From positions 12,871 to 76,870 of the forward strand of contig JAKFYK010000013.1 of NCBI GenBank assembly GCA_021730905.1: a stretch of 64,000 bases of DNA, read 5' to 3'. Positions 9,487 to 18,722 of this stretch are shown here, in pieces (the stretch's first letter is position 1; each line of letters begins with the position of its first letter). This DNA is from Betaproteobacteria bacterium. Its GTDB lineage: Bacteria; Pseudomonadota; Gammaproteobacteria; Burkholderiales; SG8-41. A program made the translations under genes and the position numbers. The notes beneath the pieces were generated by a model. That model was not told where the DNA came from and made no database searches. It saw only the letters and a list, made by a program, of their open reading frames with translations.

Positions 9487-11310
9487 ATGCCTCAAATCAT
9501 CAACACCAATATCGCTTCGCTGAACGCGCAGCGTAACCTTAACACTTCACAAACGTCGCTCGCGCAATCCCTGCAGCGCCTGTCTTCGGGCCTGCGCATT
9601 AACAGCGCCAAGGACGATGCGGCCGGACTCGCGATTTCCGAGCGTTTTACCACGCAGATTCGCGGTCTAAATCAAGCCTCGCGTAATGCCAACGACGGCA
9701 TTTCTCTGGCGCAAACAGCCGAAGGCGCCCTGGGCGAGACCGGCAATTCACTGCAACGGATACGCGAACTGGCCATTCAGTCGGCGAACTCGACCAACTC
9801 GGCCTCTGACCGCAACGCATTGAACGCCGAAGTGCAGCAATTGCTGGCGGAAATTCAACGCATCGGTCAAACCACGCAATTCAACGGCCAGAACATACTG
9901 GATGGCACGTTCACCAGCGCGCAATTCCAGGTCGGTGCCAACGCGAACCAGACGATTTCTTTCGGTATCGCCGGCGCCACCACCAACGTTCTGGGCGCCT
10001 ATCAGACGACCAGCGCCGCAGTCACCAGCAACGCATTCGACGGCGCAGGCTTCACCATCAATGGCGTTGAAATCGGCGTATCCGCCGCCACCAGCGCTGC
10101 TGGCGTAACGGCTGACAGCGCGACGGCCAAGGCCGCTGCCATCAATTCCAAAACCAACCTCACGGGTGTCAGCGCGACCGCAACCAACTCCGTAAACGGG
10201 TCAGCACCAGTCGCCCGTGCCGGTCTTGCCAGTGGCGCCCTGATGATTAACGGTGTAGCGATCGGCGCGATCGCGGGCGACACCAATGCCGTCACCCAGG
10301 GCCGCAATGCCGCCACGGCAATCAACGTGGTCAGCAACCAGACTGGCGTTACCGCCATGGCGGATGCGAGCACGGGCGCCCTGACGCTCACCGCATCGGA
10401 TGGCCGCAATGTCGCGCTGACTTCTGCGGCTGCGACGGCCGCCGGCGCGCGCGACATTCAGAATGCCACCGGCCTCGACGTTTCTGCGGGCGCCAACGCC
10501 AGCGGACATGAAGTCGGCACGCTGACCTTCGTCAACGCGGTTGAAGGTAGCGGCACGGGCTTGACCCTGGGTGACTCCGTCACTATCGCCGGCCGCACGT
10601 ATGAGTTCCAAACCGCTGCTGGCGCCGTTACGGCAGGCAATGTCAAAGTAACCATCGCGGCGGGCGATACCTCGACCAACTCGATCCTGGCGCTGAAATC
10701 CGCCGTCGACACCGAGTATGCGGCTGGCCGTACGCACGTCGTCACCTCGGGCGCAAGCGCGACCAACCTGACGGTTACTTCTGATCTGTATGGCACCGGC
10801 ACGGTCTCGTTTGCCGAGCCGACGTCGACCAACGCCGGCGCACTAGCCACTGGCGTCGCCAGCGGCGTGGCGGCAGCTGACGGCAATGGCGTAACCACCC
10901 GCGGCACGCTGACACTCAGCGCGTCATCCAGCTTCACAGTGGGCGGTGCTGACGTTGCTTACGCGGGAATGTCATCGGCATCGGTTGCGCTGACGAAACT
11001 GGACACCGTCAACATCTCGACGGTTGCCGGCGCGAACGCGGCGATCGCCATTATCGACGGTGCACTGAGCCAAACCACCAGCATCCGTGCCGATCTGGGC
11101 GCGGTGCAGAACCGGTTCGCCTCGACCATCGCCAACCTGCAAACGACGTCTGAGAACCTGAGTGCGGCGCGTAGCCGTATTCTGGATGCCGACTTCGCAT
11201 CGGAAACCGCGAATCTGACGCGCGGCCAGATCCTGCAGCAAGCTGGCACGGCGATGTTGGCGCAAGCCAACGCGTTGCCGAACAACGTGTTGTCGCTGCT
11301 CCGCGGCTAG
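9487..11310 (+). CDS. fliC: Flagellin (607 aa, large variable central domain)
   Basis: The N-terminus ([19 protein letters not shown]...[23 protein letters not shown]) and C-terminus (LGAVQNRF...[26 protein letters not shown]) are conserved flagellin sequence. An AAGGAG ribosome-binding site sits 7 nt upstream. Confidence 0.95.
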   Translation: MPQIINTNIASLNAQRNLNTSQTSLAQSLQRLSSGLRINSAKDDAAGLAISERFTTQIRGLNQASRNANDGISLAQTAEGALGETGNSLQRIRELAIQSANSTNSASDRNALNAEVQQLLAEIQRIGQTTQFNGQNILDGTFTSAQFQVGANANQTISFGIAGATTNVLGAYQTTSAAVTSNAFDGAGFTINGVEIGVSAATSAAGVTADSATAKAAAINSKTNLTGVSATATNSVNGSAPVARAGLASGALMINGVAIGAIAGDTNAVTQGRNAATAINVVSNQTGVTAMADASTGALTLTASDGRNVALTSAAATAAGARDIQNATGLDVSAGANASGHEVGTLTFVNAVEGSGTGLTLGDSVTIAGRTYEFQTAAGAVTAGNVKVTIAAGDTSTNSILALKSAVDTEYAAGRTHVVTSGASATNLTVTSDLYGTGTVSFAEPTSTNAGALATGVASGVAAADGNGVTTRGTLTLSASSSFTVGGADVAYAGMSSASVALTKLDTVNISTVAGANAAIAIIDGALSQTTSIRADLGAVQNRFASTIANLQTTSENLSAARSRILDADFASETANLTRGQILQQAGTAMLAQANALPNNVLSLLRG

Positions 11311-11322
11311 AGTAACAAGTGA

Positions 11323-11353
11323 CCCGGCCGGCCTTACGCTGGCCGGGTTTTTT
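11323..11353 (+). terminator. Rho-independent terminator after fliC
   Basis: The stem is CCCGGCC (11323-11329) paired with GGCCGGG (11341-11347), followed by a TTTTTT run (11348-11353). Confidence 0.75.
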
Positions 11354-11364
11354 CACCCGAGATT

Positions 11365-11395
11365 GTCTTGCCAACCCCATGCGGGTTGGCAAGAC
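11365..11395 (+). other. Perfect 13-bp stem / 5-nt loop hairpin between the fliC terminator and flaG
   Basis: GTCTTGCCAACCC (11365-11377), loop CATGC, then GGGTTGGCAAGAC (11383-11395). There is no T-run after it. It ends 20 nt before the flaG ATG. Confidence 0.6.
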
Positions 11396-11415
11396 AAGTT
11401 CAGGAATTATCAGAA

Positions 11416-11739
11416 ATGTTGACTAATGCAATAACCCCTCCTGGTTCGACCACCGCCAGCCCCATCAAGCTGGCAGCGGCGCCGAGCGTTCCAGTCACGC
11501 CACTGCAAGCGCGCGACGACGTCACCGCGCGCGAAGTGATCGCCATTGCCAACAAGACCATGCGATCACTATCGAACGGCCTCGAATTCAGTCTTGATCC
11601 TGATTCGGGAAAAATCGTGGTGCGGGTGGTTGACAATGCGACTCACCAGGTTATTCGGCAGTTTCCTTCCGAAGAAGTGCTGTCCATCGCTCGCGCGCTC
11701 GACCGCATGCAAGGTCTGCTGATTAACCACAAAGCCTAG
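11416..11739 (+). CDS. flaG: FlaG-family flagellar protein
   Basis: The position between fliC and fliD fits FlaG. The C-terminus is FlaG-like (LEFSLDPDSGKIVVRVVDNATHQVIRQFPSEEVLSIARAL). I chose the ATG at 11416 because the upstream part of the ORF covers the hairpin. Confidence 0.8.
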   Translation: MLTNAITPPGSTTASPIKLAAAPSVPVTPLQARDDVTAREVIAIANKTMRSLSNGLEFSLDPDSGKIVVRVVDNATHQVIRQFPSEEVLSIARALDRMQGLLINHKA

Positions 11740-11756
11740 CCCGGGAATTTTTCGCA

Positions 11757-13745
11757 ATGGCACTTTCTTCACCAGGACTGGGATCAGGATTGGATGTCAA
11801 TGGGCTCGTCAGCCAGCTGATGGTGGTCGAGCGTCGGCCATTGGCGGCACTCGACACCAAGGAAGCCAAGTACCAGGCGCAAATCACAGCCTACGGCAGC
11901 CTGAAAGGCGCGTTGTCGTCATTCCAGAGCGCGGTAGCCGCACTTTCCAGTCCGGAAAAGTTTTCTGCCGTCAACGCCAGCATCGCGGACGCGACGATTG
12001 GAACGGCGACCGCGTCATCCGACGCGACGGCAGGAACCTATGCGCTGGAAGTACAAACGCTGGCTCAGGCGCAGAAACTCAAATCCGCTACTTTCGCCGC
12101 CACCAGCACCGGCGTTGGCACCGGCACATTAACCATTCAGTTCGGCACCTACAGCGGCGGCACATTCGCGCCCAATGCCGGCAAAGCCGTTCAGACCATC
12201 ACCATTGATGCCGCCAAGTCGTCGCTGGCTGGTGTGCGCGACGCCATCAATGCCGCCAATGCCGGCGTTTCGGCAAATATCATCAATGACGGCACGGGCA
12301 ATCGCCTGGTGATCGCGGCAAAGGACAGTGGCGTTGCCAACGCGCTCAAGATCATGGTATCCGACGACGACCAGAACAACACGGACAATACCGGTCTGTC
12401 ACAGCTCGCCTATGACGCTTCCGCCGGCGGGACGACGAATCTCACGCAGACCGTCGCGGCGCAAAATGCCACGCTTATCATCGACGGTATCACTGTCAGC
12501 AAAGCATCAAATACTGTCGACGACGCCATCGGCGGCGTGACACTGAATCTGCTCAAGTCCAATACGCCTGGCGCTACAACCCTCACCATCAGTCGCGATG
12601 TTGCCGGCGTGCAGACCACAGTGCAATCGTTCGTAAACGCCTACAACAATCTCAACAATACCATCACCAATCTGTCGAAATACAACGCCGCAACCAAGGC
12701 AGCCTCCATACTCACAGGTGACGCCGCGGTACGTTCGATTCAGGCACAATTGCGCAGCGTGTTCAATACCCCGCTGTCGAGCGCCGGCGGTGGCCTGAAC
12801 ACATTGGCTGATATCGGGATAACTTTTCAGAAAGACGGGACCCTCAAGCTCGACTCAGGAAAGCTGGGTACGGTCCTGGCCGATCCGACCAAGAATGTGG
12901 GCAGTTTATTTGCCCTGGCAGCCAAGCCGACCGACAGCCTGGTTTCGTACGTAAGTTCGGCTGCGGATACGAAGGACGATACCTTTTCGCTGAATATCAG
13001 TCAGATTGCCACGCAAGGCCGGGCGTTCGCTGACAGAATAGCGGGACTCACCATCACGTCCGGCAACAACGACACGCTCAGCCTCACTGTGGATGGTGTG
13101 CCAGCCAGCATAGCCCTTTCATCTGGCGTTTATAGCGCAGCCGCCCTGGCTGCTGAAATCCAGTCTAAAGTCAATGGCGTACCGGCTTTTGCCACCGCTG
13201 GAGTCGGCGTGGTGGTCACGCAGTCCGCCGGTGTTTTGAGTATCACTTCCAACCGCTATGGTTCCGCCTCGGCAGTCGCCATCACGGGCGGAACCTCAAA
13301 AGTGGATCTGTTTGGCACAGCCATAGAAACAGCGGGCGTTGATGTCGCCGGCAGCATCGGCGGTATCGCCGCGACCGGTTCTGGCCAGGAACTCACCGGC
13401 ACTGGCAATGCCAGCGGACTGGTGTTGCACGTCAATGGCGGTGTGACCGGCTTTCGCGGCACCGTGGGCCATGCTCGCGGATATGCCTACACGCTCGACA
13501 AGCTGGTGGGCAAACTACTTGCCAACGACAGCCTGCTCGACGGCCGCATCGACGGTATGGGCACGTCGATCAAAAACATAGACAAGCAACGCGAGGCGCT
13601 GGCGCGGCGATTGGATCTGGTTGAAAAACGCTACCGCGCACAGTTCAGCGCCCTGGACGGCATGATAGCGAGCATGAGCAAAACCAGCAGTTTCCTGCAA
13701 CAACAATTGGCAAACCTGCCCAAGGCCGGCAGTTTGCAACAATGA
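11757..13745 (+). CDS. fliD: Flagellar filament cap protein
   Basis: The N-terminus (SSPGLGSGLDVNGLVSQLMVVERRPL...YQAQITAYGSLK) and C-terminus (RYRAQFSALDGMIASMSKTSSFL) are typical of FliD. Confidence 0.93.
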   Translation: MALSSPGLGSGLDVNGLVSQLMVVERRPLAALDTKEAKYQAQITAYGSLKGALSSFQSAVAALSSPEKFSAVNASIADATIGTATASSDATAGTYALEVQTLAQAQKLKSATFAATSTGVGTGTLTIQFGTYSGGTFAPNAGKAVQTITIDAAKSSLAGVRDAINAANAGVSANIINDGTGNRLVIAAKDSGVANALKIMVSDDDQNNTDNTGLSQLAYDASAGGTTNLTQTVAAQNATLIIDGITVSKASNTVDDAIGGVTLNLLKSNTPGATTLTISRDVAGVQTTVQSFVNAYNNLNNTITNLSKYNAATKAASILTGDAAVRSIQAQLRSVFNTPLSSAGGGLNTLADIGITFQKDGTLKLDSGKLGTVLADPTKNVGSLFALAAKPTDSLVSYVSSAADTKDDTFSLNISQIATQGRAFADRIAGLTITSGNNDTLSLTVDGVPASIALSSGVYSAAALAAEIQSKVNGVPAFATAGVGVVVTQSAGVLSITSNRYGSASAVAITGGTSKVDLFGTAIETAGVDVAGSIGGIAATGSGQELTGTGNASGLVLHVNGGVTGFRGTVGHARGYAYTLDKLVGKLLANDSLLDGRIDGMGTSIKNIDKQREALARRLDLVEKRYRAQFSALDGMIASMSKTSSFLQQQLANLPKAGSLQQ

Positions 13746-13757
13746 TTTGAGGAGAAA

Positions 13758-14231
13758 ATGATGTTTGCAGTGGCAAGAAATCCGCTTTCCATCTATCAGC
13801 GTGTCGGCGTCGAAACAGGCGTTCAGACAGCGGATCCGCACAAGCTCGTCCTCATGCTGTACGAAGGCGCCCTGCTCGCACTATCCGACGCGCAGTTGCA
13901 CATGACGCGCCGGGAAACCGCCGCCAAGGGCCGCGCACTTTCCAAGGCGATCATGATCATCGAGGGCGGCCTGAAGGCAAGCCTGGATGTCAAAGCGGGC
14001 GGGGAACTCGGCGAGCGGTTGGCTGCGCTCTATGACTATATGTGCGACCGGTTGCTCCACGCCAACCTGCATAACCGGCCTGAAATTATTGAGGAAGTGC
14101 GCCAGCTGTTGATGGAATTGCGCGGCGCATGGGAACAAATCGATCCAGCCGCCATTCCGGCATCCAGCCCATCCGTATCCCAGCCCTATTCCACCACCGT
14201 CTCGTCGCGCACGACCTCCGTCACGGCATGA
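13758..14231 (+). CDS. fliS: Flagellin-specific chaperone
   Basis: It carries YQRVGVETGVQTADPHKLVLMLYEGALLAL and RALSKAIMIIEGGLKASLD, and sits directly after fliD. Confidence 0.92.
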   Translation: MMFAVARNPLSIYQRVGVETGVQTADPHKLVLMLYEGALLALSDAQLHMTRRETAAKGRALSKAIMIIEGGLKASLDVKAGGELGERLAALYDYMCDRLLHANLHNRPEIIEEVRQLLMELRGAWEQIDPAAIPASSPSVSQPYSTTVSSRTTSVTA

Positions 14232-14566
14232 ACCATATGAATGGCGATCAAATTCTGGCGGTGTACGAGGAAGCTTCGGCCATTACCCGCCAGATGCTTC
14301 TCGCTGCGCGCGAGGGTGACTGGGATCGGCTGGTAGCGCACGAAAAGGACTGCGCCGCCAGATTTGTGCATTTGATGACCAGCGAACCTGGGCAAACCAC
14401 GGATGCCGCCTTTCAGCGTCGCAAGGCAGAAATCATTCACGGCATCCTTGATGACGACGCACAGATCCGCATGCTGGTTGAGCCATGGCTGATGAAATTG
14501 TCTGTTTTGATCGACAGCACACGGCAACAGTCGCGGCTGAGCCAGGCTTATGGGGACATCGCGTGA
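14228..14566 (+). CDS. fliT: FliT-like flagellar chaperone
   Basis: Its start overlaps the fliS stop as ATGA. It is a small helical protein (ILAVYEEASAITRQMLLAAREGDWDRLVAHEKDCAARF) in the fliDST position. Confidence 0.7.
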   Translation: MNHMNGDQILAVYEEASAITRQMLLAAREGDWDRLVAHEKDCAARFVHLMTSEPGQTTDAAFQRRKAEIIHGILDDDAQIRMLVEPWLMKLSVLIDSTRQQSRLSQAYGDIA

Positions 14567-14656
14567 GCGCTCGCAGCGGCGCGCGCGGCCGCAAGGATAC
14601 GCGGATCGCCACAACAAGCGTTCTGTGGAACCAGGGCCTTTAGCCGATACTGAATC

Positions 14657-15658
14657 ATGCTGAATCGCCTTGCCGATCGTGTGCGCCTGCGCACGAGCAC
14701 GGTTGCGCCGACGACACCCGTACGTGCGGTCGCCCCGGTCGCGCCTCGCAATTTTTTTGTAGGTGAGGAAGTACGCGCCCACGTTGATTCGGTTCAGCCG
14801 AAAGGAATATTCAAAGTATTGATCGACAACCAGTCGTTTTTGCTGCGCCTGCCATTCAACGCAAAATCCGGAGACGTGATCCAGCTTACCGTTACTGCGC
14901 GGGAGCCAAAACTCAAGTTCGACGCGGTCGAATACCCGGAACCGATTGCGCAAGCCACCCGATTGAGCGACGCCGCGCGCTTTATCACCGCGCTGTTGGC
15001 AGAAAGCGAAAAACTGCCGGTTGCCGCCACAGCGTTGGCCGGCACACCCCTGTTATCCGGAGCACCTGCGAACGGCGCGACGCTGGCATCCGCACTCGGC
15101 GCCGCGCTTGCAGAGAGCGGCATGTTCTATGAATCACACCAGGCGCAGTGGGTCGCAGGAAAGTATTCACTGGAGATGCTGCTGCAAGAACCGCAGGGAC
15201 GGCTGTCCCAGTCGGCCGGCCGGGAACCTGTCACGGTTCCATCCGTTATGGACGAGTCTGATGTGAATCCGGGATTATCGGAACTGCCGGTACACCGCGA
15301 CGCCCTGGCGATCGTCAGACAACAACTCGAGACGCTGGATACCCGGCACGTGGCGTGGCGGGGACTGGTCTGGAACGATCAGCCGCTGGAATGGCATATC
15401 GCCGAACACTCGCCGGATGTCACTGCGCCCCCGGATGAACAGCAATGGCAAACACGCGTCAGCCTCGCCCTTCCGCGGCTGGGAGACGTAAGCGCGACTT
15501 TGCTCATCGGAAAACGTGGTGTCGCGATTGCCATCCAGACGGGTTCACCGGATACCGCATCGAGACTCGCATCACATCGCGTGGGCCTGCAGCAGTCGTT
15601 GCACGCAGCGGGCGTGAATACACTCGGCATCACCGTGAATACCGATGAAAACGCCTGA
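14657..15658 (+). CDS. Second FliK-like (hook-length control C-terminal domain) protein
   Basis: The C-terminus resembles the Flg_hook domain (VAWRGLVWNDQPLEWHIAE...WQTRVSLALPRLGDVSATLLIGKRGVAIAIQ...LQQSLHAAGVNTLGITV). A canonical fliK exists separately at 38221. Confidence 0.7.
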   Translation: MLNRLADRVRLRTSTVAPTTPVRAVAPVAPRNFFVGEEVRAHVDSVQPKGIFKVLIDNQSFLLRLPFNAKSGDVIQLTVTAREPKLKFDAVEYPEPIAQATRLSDAARFITALLAESEKLPVAATALAGTPLLSGAPANGATLASALGAALAESGMFYESHQAQWVAGKYSLEMLLQEPQGRLSQSAGREPVTVPSVMDESDVNPGLSELPVHRDALAIVRQQLETLDTRHVAWRGLVWNDQPLEWHIAEHSPDVTAPPDEQQWQTRVSLALPRLGDVSATLLIGKRGVAIAIQTGSPDTASRLASHRVGLQQSLHAAGVNTLGITVNTDENA

Positions 15659-15953
15659 ACAGCGCTTGGCCGCGATTGCTTTGGTTTACAACGAGAAAGC
15701 TTCAGCCCCGCGAGTCGCGGCCAAGGGAAACGGTCTGGTCGCCGAAGCCATTGTCAGGCGCGCGCGCGGCGCCGGTATTTACGTTCACGAGTCTCCGGCG
15801 TTAGTCGCCCTTTTGATGAAGGTCGACCTCGACAGCCATATACCGCAGGAACTTTACATGGCGGTCGCCGAGTTGCTGGTCTGGCTCTACAAAATTGAAC
15901 ATGCTCCCAGCCCGAACCAGGAGCACATCGATCCCGCTCCACCCGGAGCTTAA
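15645..15953 (+). CDS. Stand-alone FlhB C-terminal-domain-like protein (EscU/YscU/HrcU-type fragment)
   Basis: AIALVYNEKASAPRVAAKGNGLVAEAIVRRARGAGIYVHESPALVALL...IPQELYMAVAELLVWLYKI aligns by eye with the post-NPTH part of the FlhB in this window ([49 protein letters not shown]...IPEKLYSAVAEVLAYVFQL). It overlaps the upstream gene by 14 nt. Confidence 0.8.
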   Translation: MKTPEQRLAAIALVYNEKASAPRVAAKGNGLVAEAIVRRARGAGIYVHESPALVALLMKVDLDSHIPQELYMAVAELLVWLYKIEHAPSPNQEHIDPAPPGA

Positions 15954-16045
15954 CCCGGAAAACCGGGCAAATCCTCCGCCTTTTCGACAGCCGGCCAATC
16001 CGGTCTACCCGCTAGACTGGGGGAAATCAGGATACCTGGACACAA

Positions 16046-16819
16046 ATGTTTAAAGCCGTTGCCAACGCCATCAAGATTGAGCCCGTGTTGACTGGTAACG
16101 ACAGCCAGTTCGTGGTGACGTCCGATCTGGAAATTACGCATATCCTGAAGGCGATCATGCGCGAGGCTGCATTGATAACAGCAACCATCGATGTCAATGA
16201 ATTCTTCCTGACCTCCATACTGGCCATTGATGAAAAAACGAACAGCATGCTGCTTGAACGCGGTCGCAGCAGGCCGTCCCTTTCCAACGCCCTTGGAACC
16301 CGCACGCTGTCGTATAGCACCACACTGGACAAAGTCCGGATTCAGTTTACCTCCGCAGGCATCGAAGCCGCAGACCATTCCGGAATAGAAGCCTACAGGA
16401 TTCCCCTGCCGGCAGAATTGCTGCGGATCCAGCGCCGGGAGCACTACCGCATACCCACGCCGGTCGTCTCACCCGTCAAGTGCAGGATATTCACCGGCAA
16501 TGGCGCAAATGCAGCCAGCGCGGATTTACATGTTTGCGACATCAGTTGCGGCGGCATTGCCGTGCAATCGCTACCGGCACTTTTCACACCCGAGCTTGGC
16601 ACGTGCTATGAGTGCATCATCCTGCTGCCCGGCACGTCCGGCCTGCGCATCCGGATACAGGCGCGCAATGCGTTTATGGTCACATTGCCCAACGGTAAAA
16701 TCATGCAGCGTTCAGGGTTTGCTTTCGTGAAGCCACCGGAAAACATACTGGCAACGATTCAGCGTTATATACTGGGACTTGAGCGTCAGCATAGAACACG
16801 CAGTGGCCGCGACGGCTAG
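16046..16819 (+). CDS. ycgR: YcgR-like PilZ-domain flagellar brake protein
   Basis: PilZ motifs are present: RREHYR (RxxxR) and DISCGGIAV (DxSxxG). The N-terminal region is PilZN-like. Confidence 0.8.
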   Translation: MFKAVANAIKIEPVLTGNDSQFVVTSDLEITHILKAIMREAALITATIDVNEFFLTSILAIDEKTNSMLLERGRSRPSLSNALGTRTLSYSTTLDKVRIQFTSAGIEAADHSGIEAYRIPLPAELLRIQRREHYRIPTPVVSPVKCRIFTGNGANAASADLHVCDISCGGIAVQSLPALFTPELGTCYECIILLPGTSGLRIRIQARNAFMVTLPNGKIMQRSGFAFVKPPENILATIQRYILGLERQHRTRSGRDG

Positions 16820-16949
16820 AAAAACGGTATCGAAGACTGCGCCGTAGCTGTCGCTACCTTGCAGGTGGGCTGCCATCAATGACCGGGCAAGCACTGTACT
16901 GCGGCTGGAGCAGCATTTCACGCAGCGCCACAGAAAATCCGCAGAAATC

Positions 16950-18050
16950 TTAAATCCGGTGCCTCACCCCGCCGCTCTCACGCAATGCGCCAAGCACACG
17001 CCCGGCGATACTGCCCAGCGGTAGCACCTCGTCCACACCACCTGCCGCAATGGCTTCTTTCGGCATGCCGAAAACGACGCACGATGCCTCGTCCTGCGCC
17101 ACGTTGAAGGCGCCGGCGCGCTTCATCTCAAGCATGGCATAGGCGCCGTCCTTGCCCATGCCGGTCAGCATGACGCCGATCGCGTTCGTCCCCACGCATT
17201 GCGCAGCAGAGCGGAACAAGACTTCCACCGACGGACGATGAAGGTTTACCGGCGCCTCGTTCGACAGAGCAGTCACATAATTCGCGCCGCTTTTGCGCAC
17301 ACGAAGGTGAAAATCACCGGGCGCGATGTAGGCATGTCCGGGAAGTATGCGCTCTCCATCAACCGCCTCTTTCACACTGATCTTACACAGACTGTCGAGG
17401 CGCTGCGCGAAACTTTTCGTGAACCCCGGTGGCATGTGTTGCGTGATCAGGATCCCTGGCGCATCAGGCGGCATCGGCAGCAGCACTTCCTTGATCGCCT
17501 CGGTACCGCCCGTAGATGCGCCGATGATAATGAGCTTCTCCGTGCTGGCGCGGGAGTTCAGTGCCAGCACCGGCGCCGCCTTGCTTGCGGGAGCGGGCAT
17601 CGCCGGCTTGCGGATACGCGCAGTCGCCGCAAGGCGTATTTTTTCAACAATCTCGCGCGCGCCGGCCTCCATGCCCTTGGTCACATCCAGCTTCGGCTTG
17701 GCAACGAAATCGACAGCACCCAACTCCAGGGCGCGCAGCGTGACGTCTGCGCCCTGCTGCGTCATTGTCGAAACCATCACCACCGGCATCGGACGCAGGC
17801 GCATGAGTTTATCGAGAAAATCGATGCCGTCCATGCGCGGCATCTCCACATCGAGCGTCAGCACATCCGGATTGAGGTTGCGGATCATGTCACGCGCCGC
17901 GATCGGATCAGGCGCCGCGCCTACCGCGACCATGTCCGGTTGGCGATTGATGATCTCGGTCAATAGACTGCGGATCAGCGCCGAGTCGTCAACAATCAAC
18001 ACCTTGGTGCACTGCGTGGGGTGCTTTTTTGCAAGTATTTGTTTTTGCAT
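16950..18050 (-). CDS. cheB: Chemotaxis methylesterase / response regulator
   Basis: It has a receiver domain ([24 protein letters not shown]) and an esterase domain ([18 protein letters not shown]). Confidence 0.95.
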   Translation of the reverse strand: MQKQILAKKHPTQCTKVLIVDDSALIRSLLTEIINRQPDMVAVGAAPDPIAARDMIRNLNPDVLTLDVEMPRMDGIDFLDKLMRLRPMPVVMVSTMTQQGADVTLRALELGAVDFVAKPKLDVTKGMEAGAREIVEKIRLAATARIRKPAMPAPASKAAPVLALNSRASTEKLIIIGASTGGTEAIKEVLLPMPPDAPGILITQHMPPGFTKSFAQRLDSLCKISVKEAVDGERILPGHAYIAPGDFHLRVRKSGANYVTALSNEAPVNLHRPSVEVLFRSAAQCVGTNAIGVMLTGMGKDGAYAMLEMKRAGAFNVAQDEASCVVFGMPKEAIAAGGVDEVLPLGSIAGRVLGALRESGGVRHRI

Positions 18051-18059
18051 GATTTTTTA

Positions 18060-18722
18060 TTAAGAGAATAATTCAACTTCACCACTCTCGGGCGCCCGTA
18101 TCAGGCGTTGGCGATATTCGGTTTCCCGTTCAAGCACGGTATCGTTATGCAGGCTGCGCAGCCGCTTCACCAGTACACGACCGTTCGCCGGAAAGTAATA
18201 CACCTTGCGCGGATGCCCCGCGGCAAGATCGCGTGCGGCAACGCGAATGTTCTCCGTACTCAAAAACGCCTCCACGAAAGCCGCGTTCTTGTGTCCAACA
18301 TTGGCCTGCACCAGGCCGGGCAACACGTTGCCGCCGCCGAACACCTTGGCTTCAAGATTTTCGCGCCGCGCGCCGAGCTTGAGCAAATGATTGATCAGTA
18401 CCTCCATCGCGTAGGTACCGTAGCGCGCACCGATGGATTCGGATTCTGCGGCTTCCCGGTCCGGGAGCATGAAGTGATTCATGCCACCCATGCCCAGACG
18501 CACATCGCGTATGCACGCCGCGACGCAGGAACCCAGCACGGTAACGAGCAGCATATCGCGCGTGCAGACGAAGTACTCGCCAGGCAGCAGTTTTGCGGCA
18601 TCGACGTTATGGTCGCGGTCGTGATAGAGATTTCGCGCGAAGCATTCCTGAGCGGGCGAACTGGCCAGCGCATCCGGAAAGGATCGGCGGTTACCGAGCA
18701 CCTGACGTGAAGCGGATTTCAT
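18060..18722 (-). CDS. cheD: Chemoreceptor glutamine deamidase
   Basis: It carries LVTVLGSCVAACIRD, GGMNHFMLP and KVFGGGNV. It overlaps cheR by 4 nt. Confidence 0.92.
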   Translation of the reverse strand: MKSASRQVLGNRRSFPDALASSPAQECFARNLYHDRDHNVDAAKLLPGEYFVCTRDMLLVTVLGSCVAACIRDVRLGMGGMNHFMLPDREAAESESIGARYGTYAMEVLINHLLKLGARRENLEAKVFGGGNVLPGLVQANVGHKNAAFVEAFLSTENIRVAARDLAAGHPRKVYYFPANGRVLVKRLRSLHNDTVLERETEYRQRLIRAPESGEVELFS

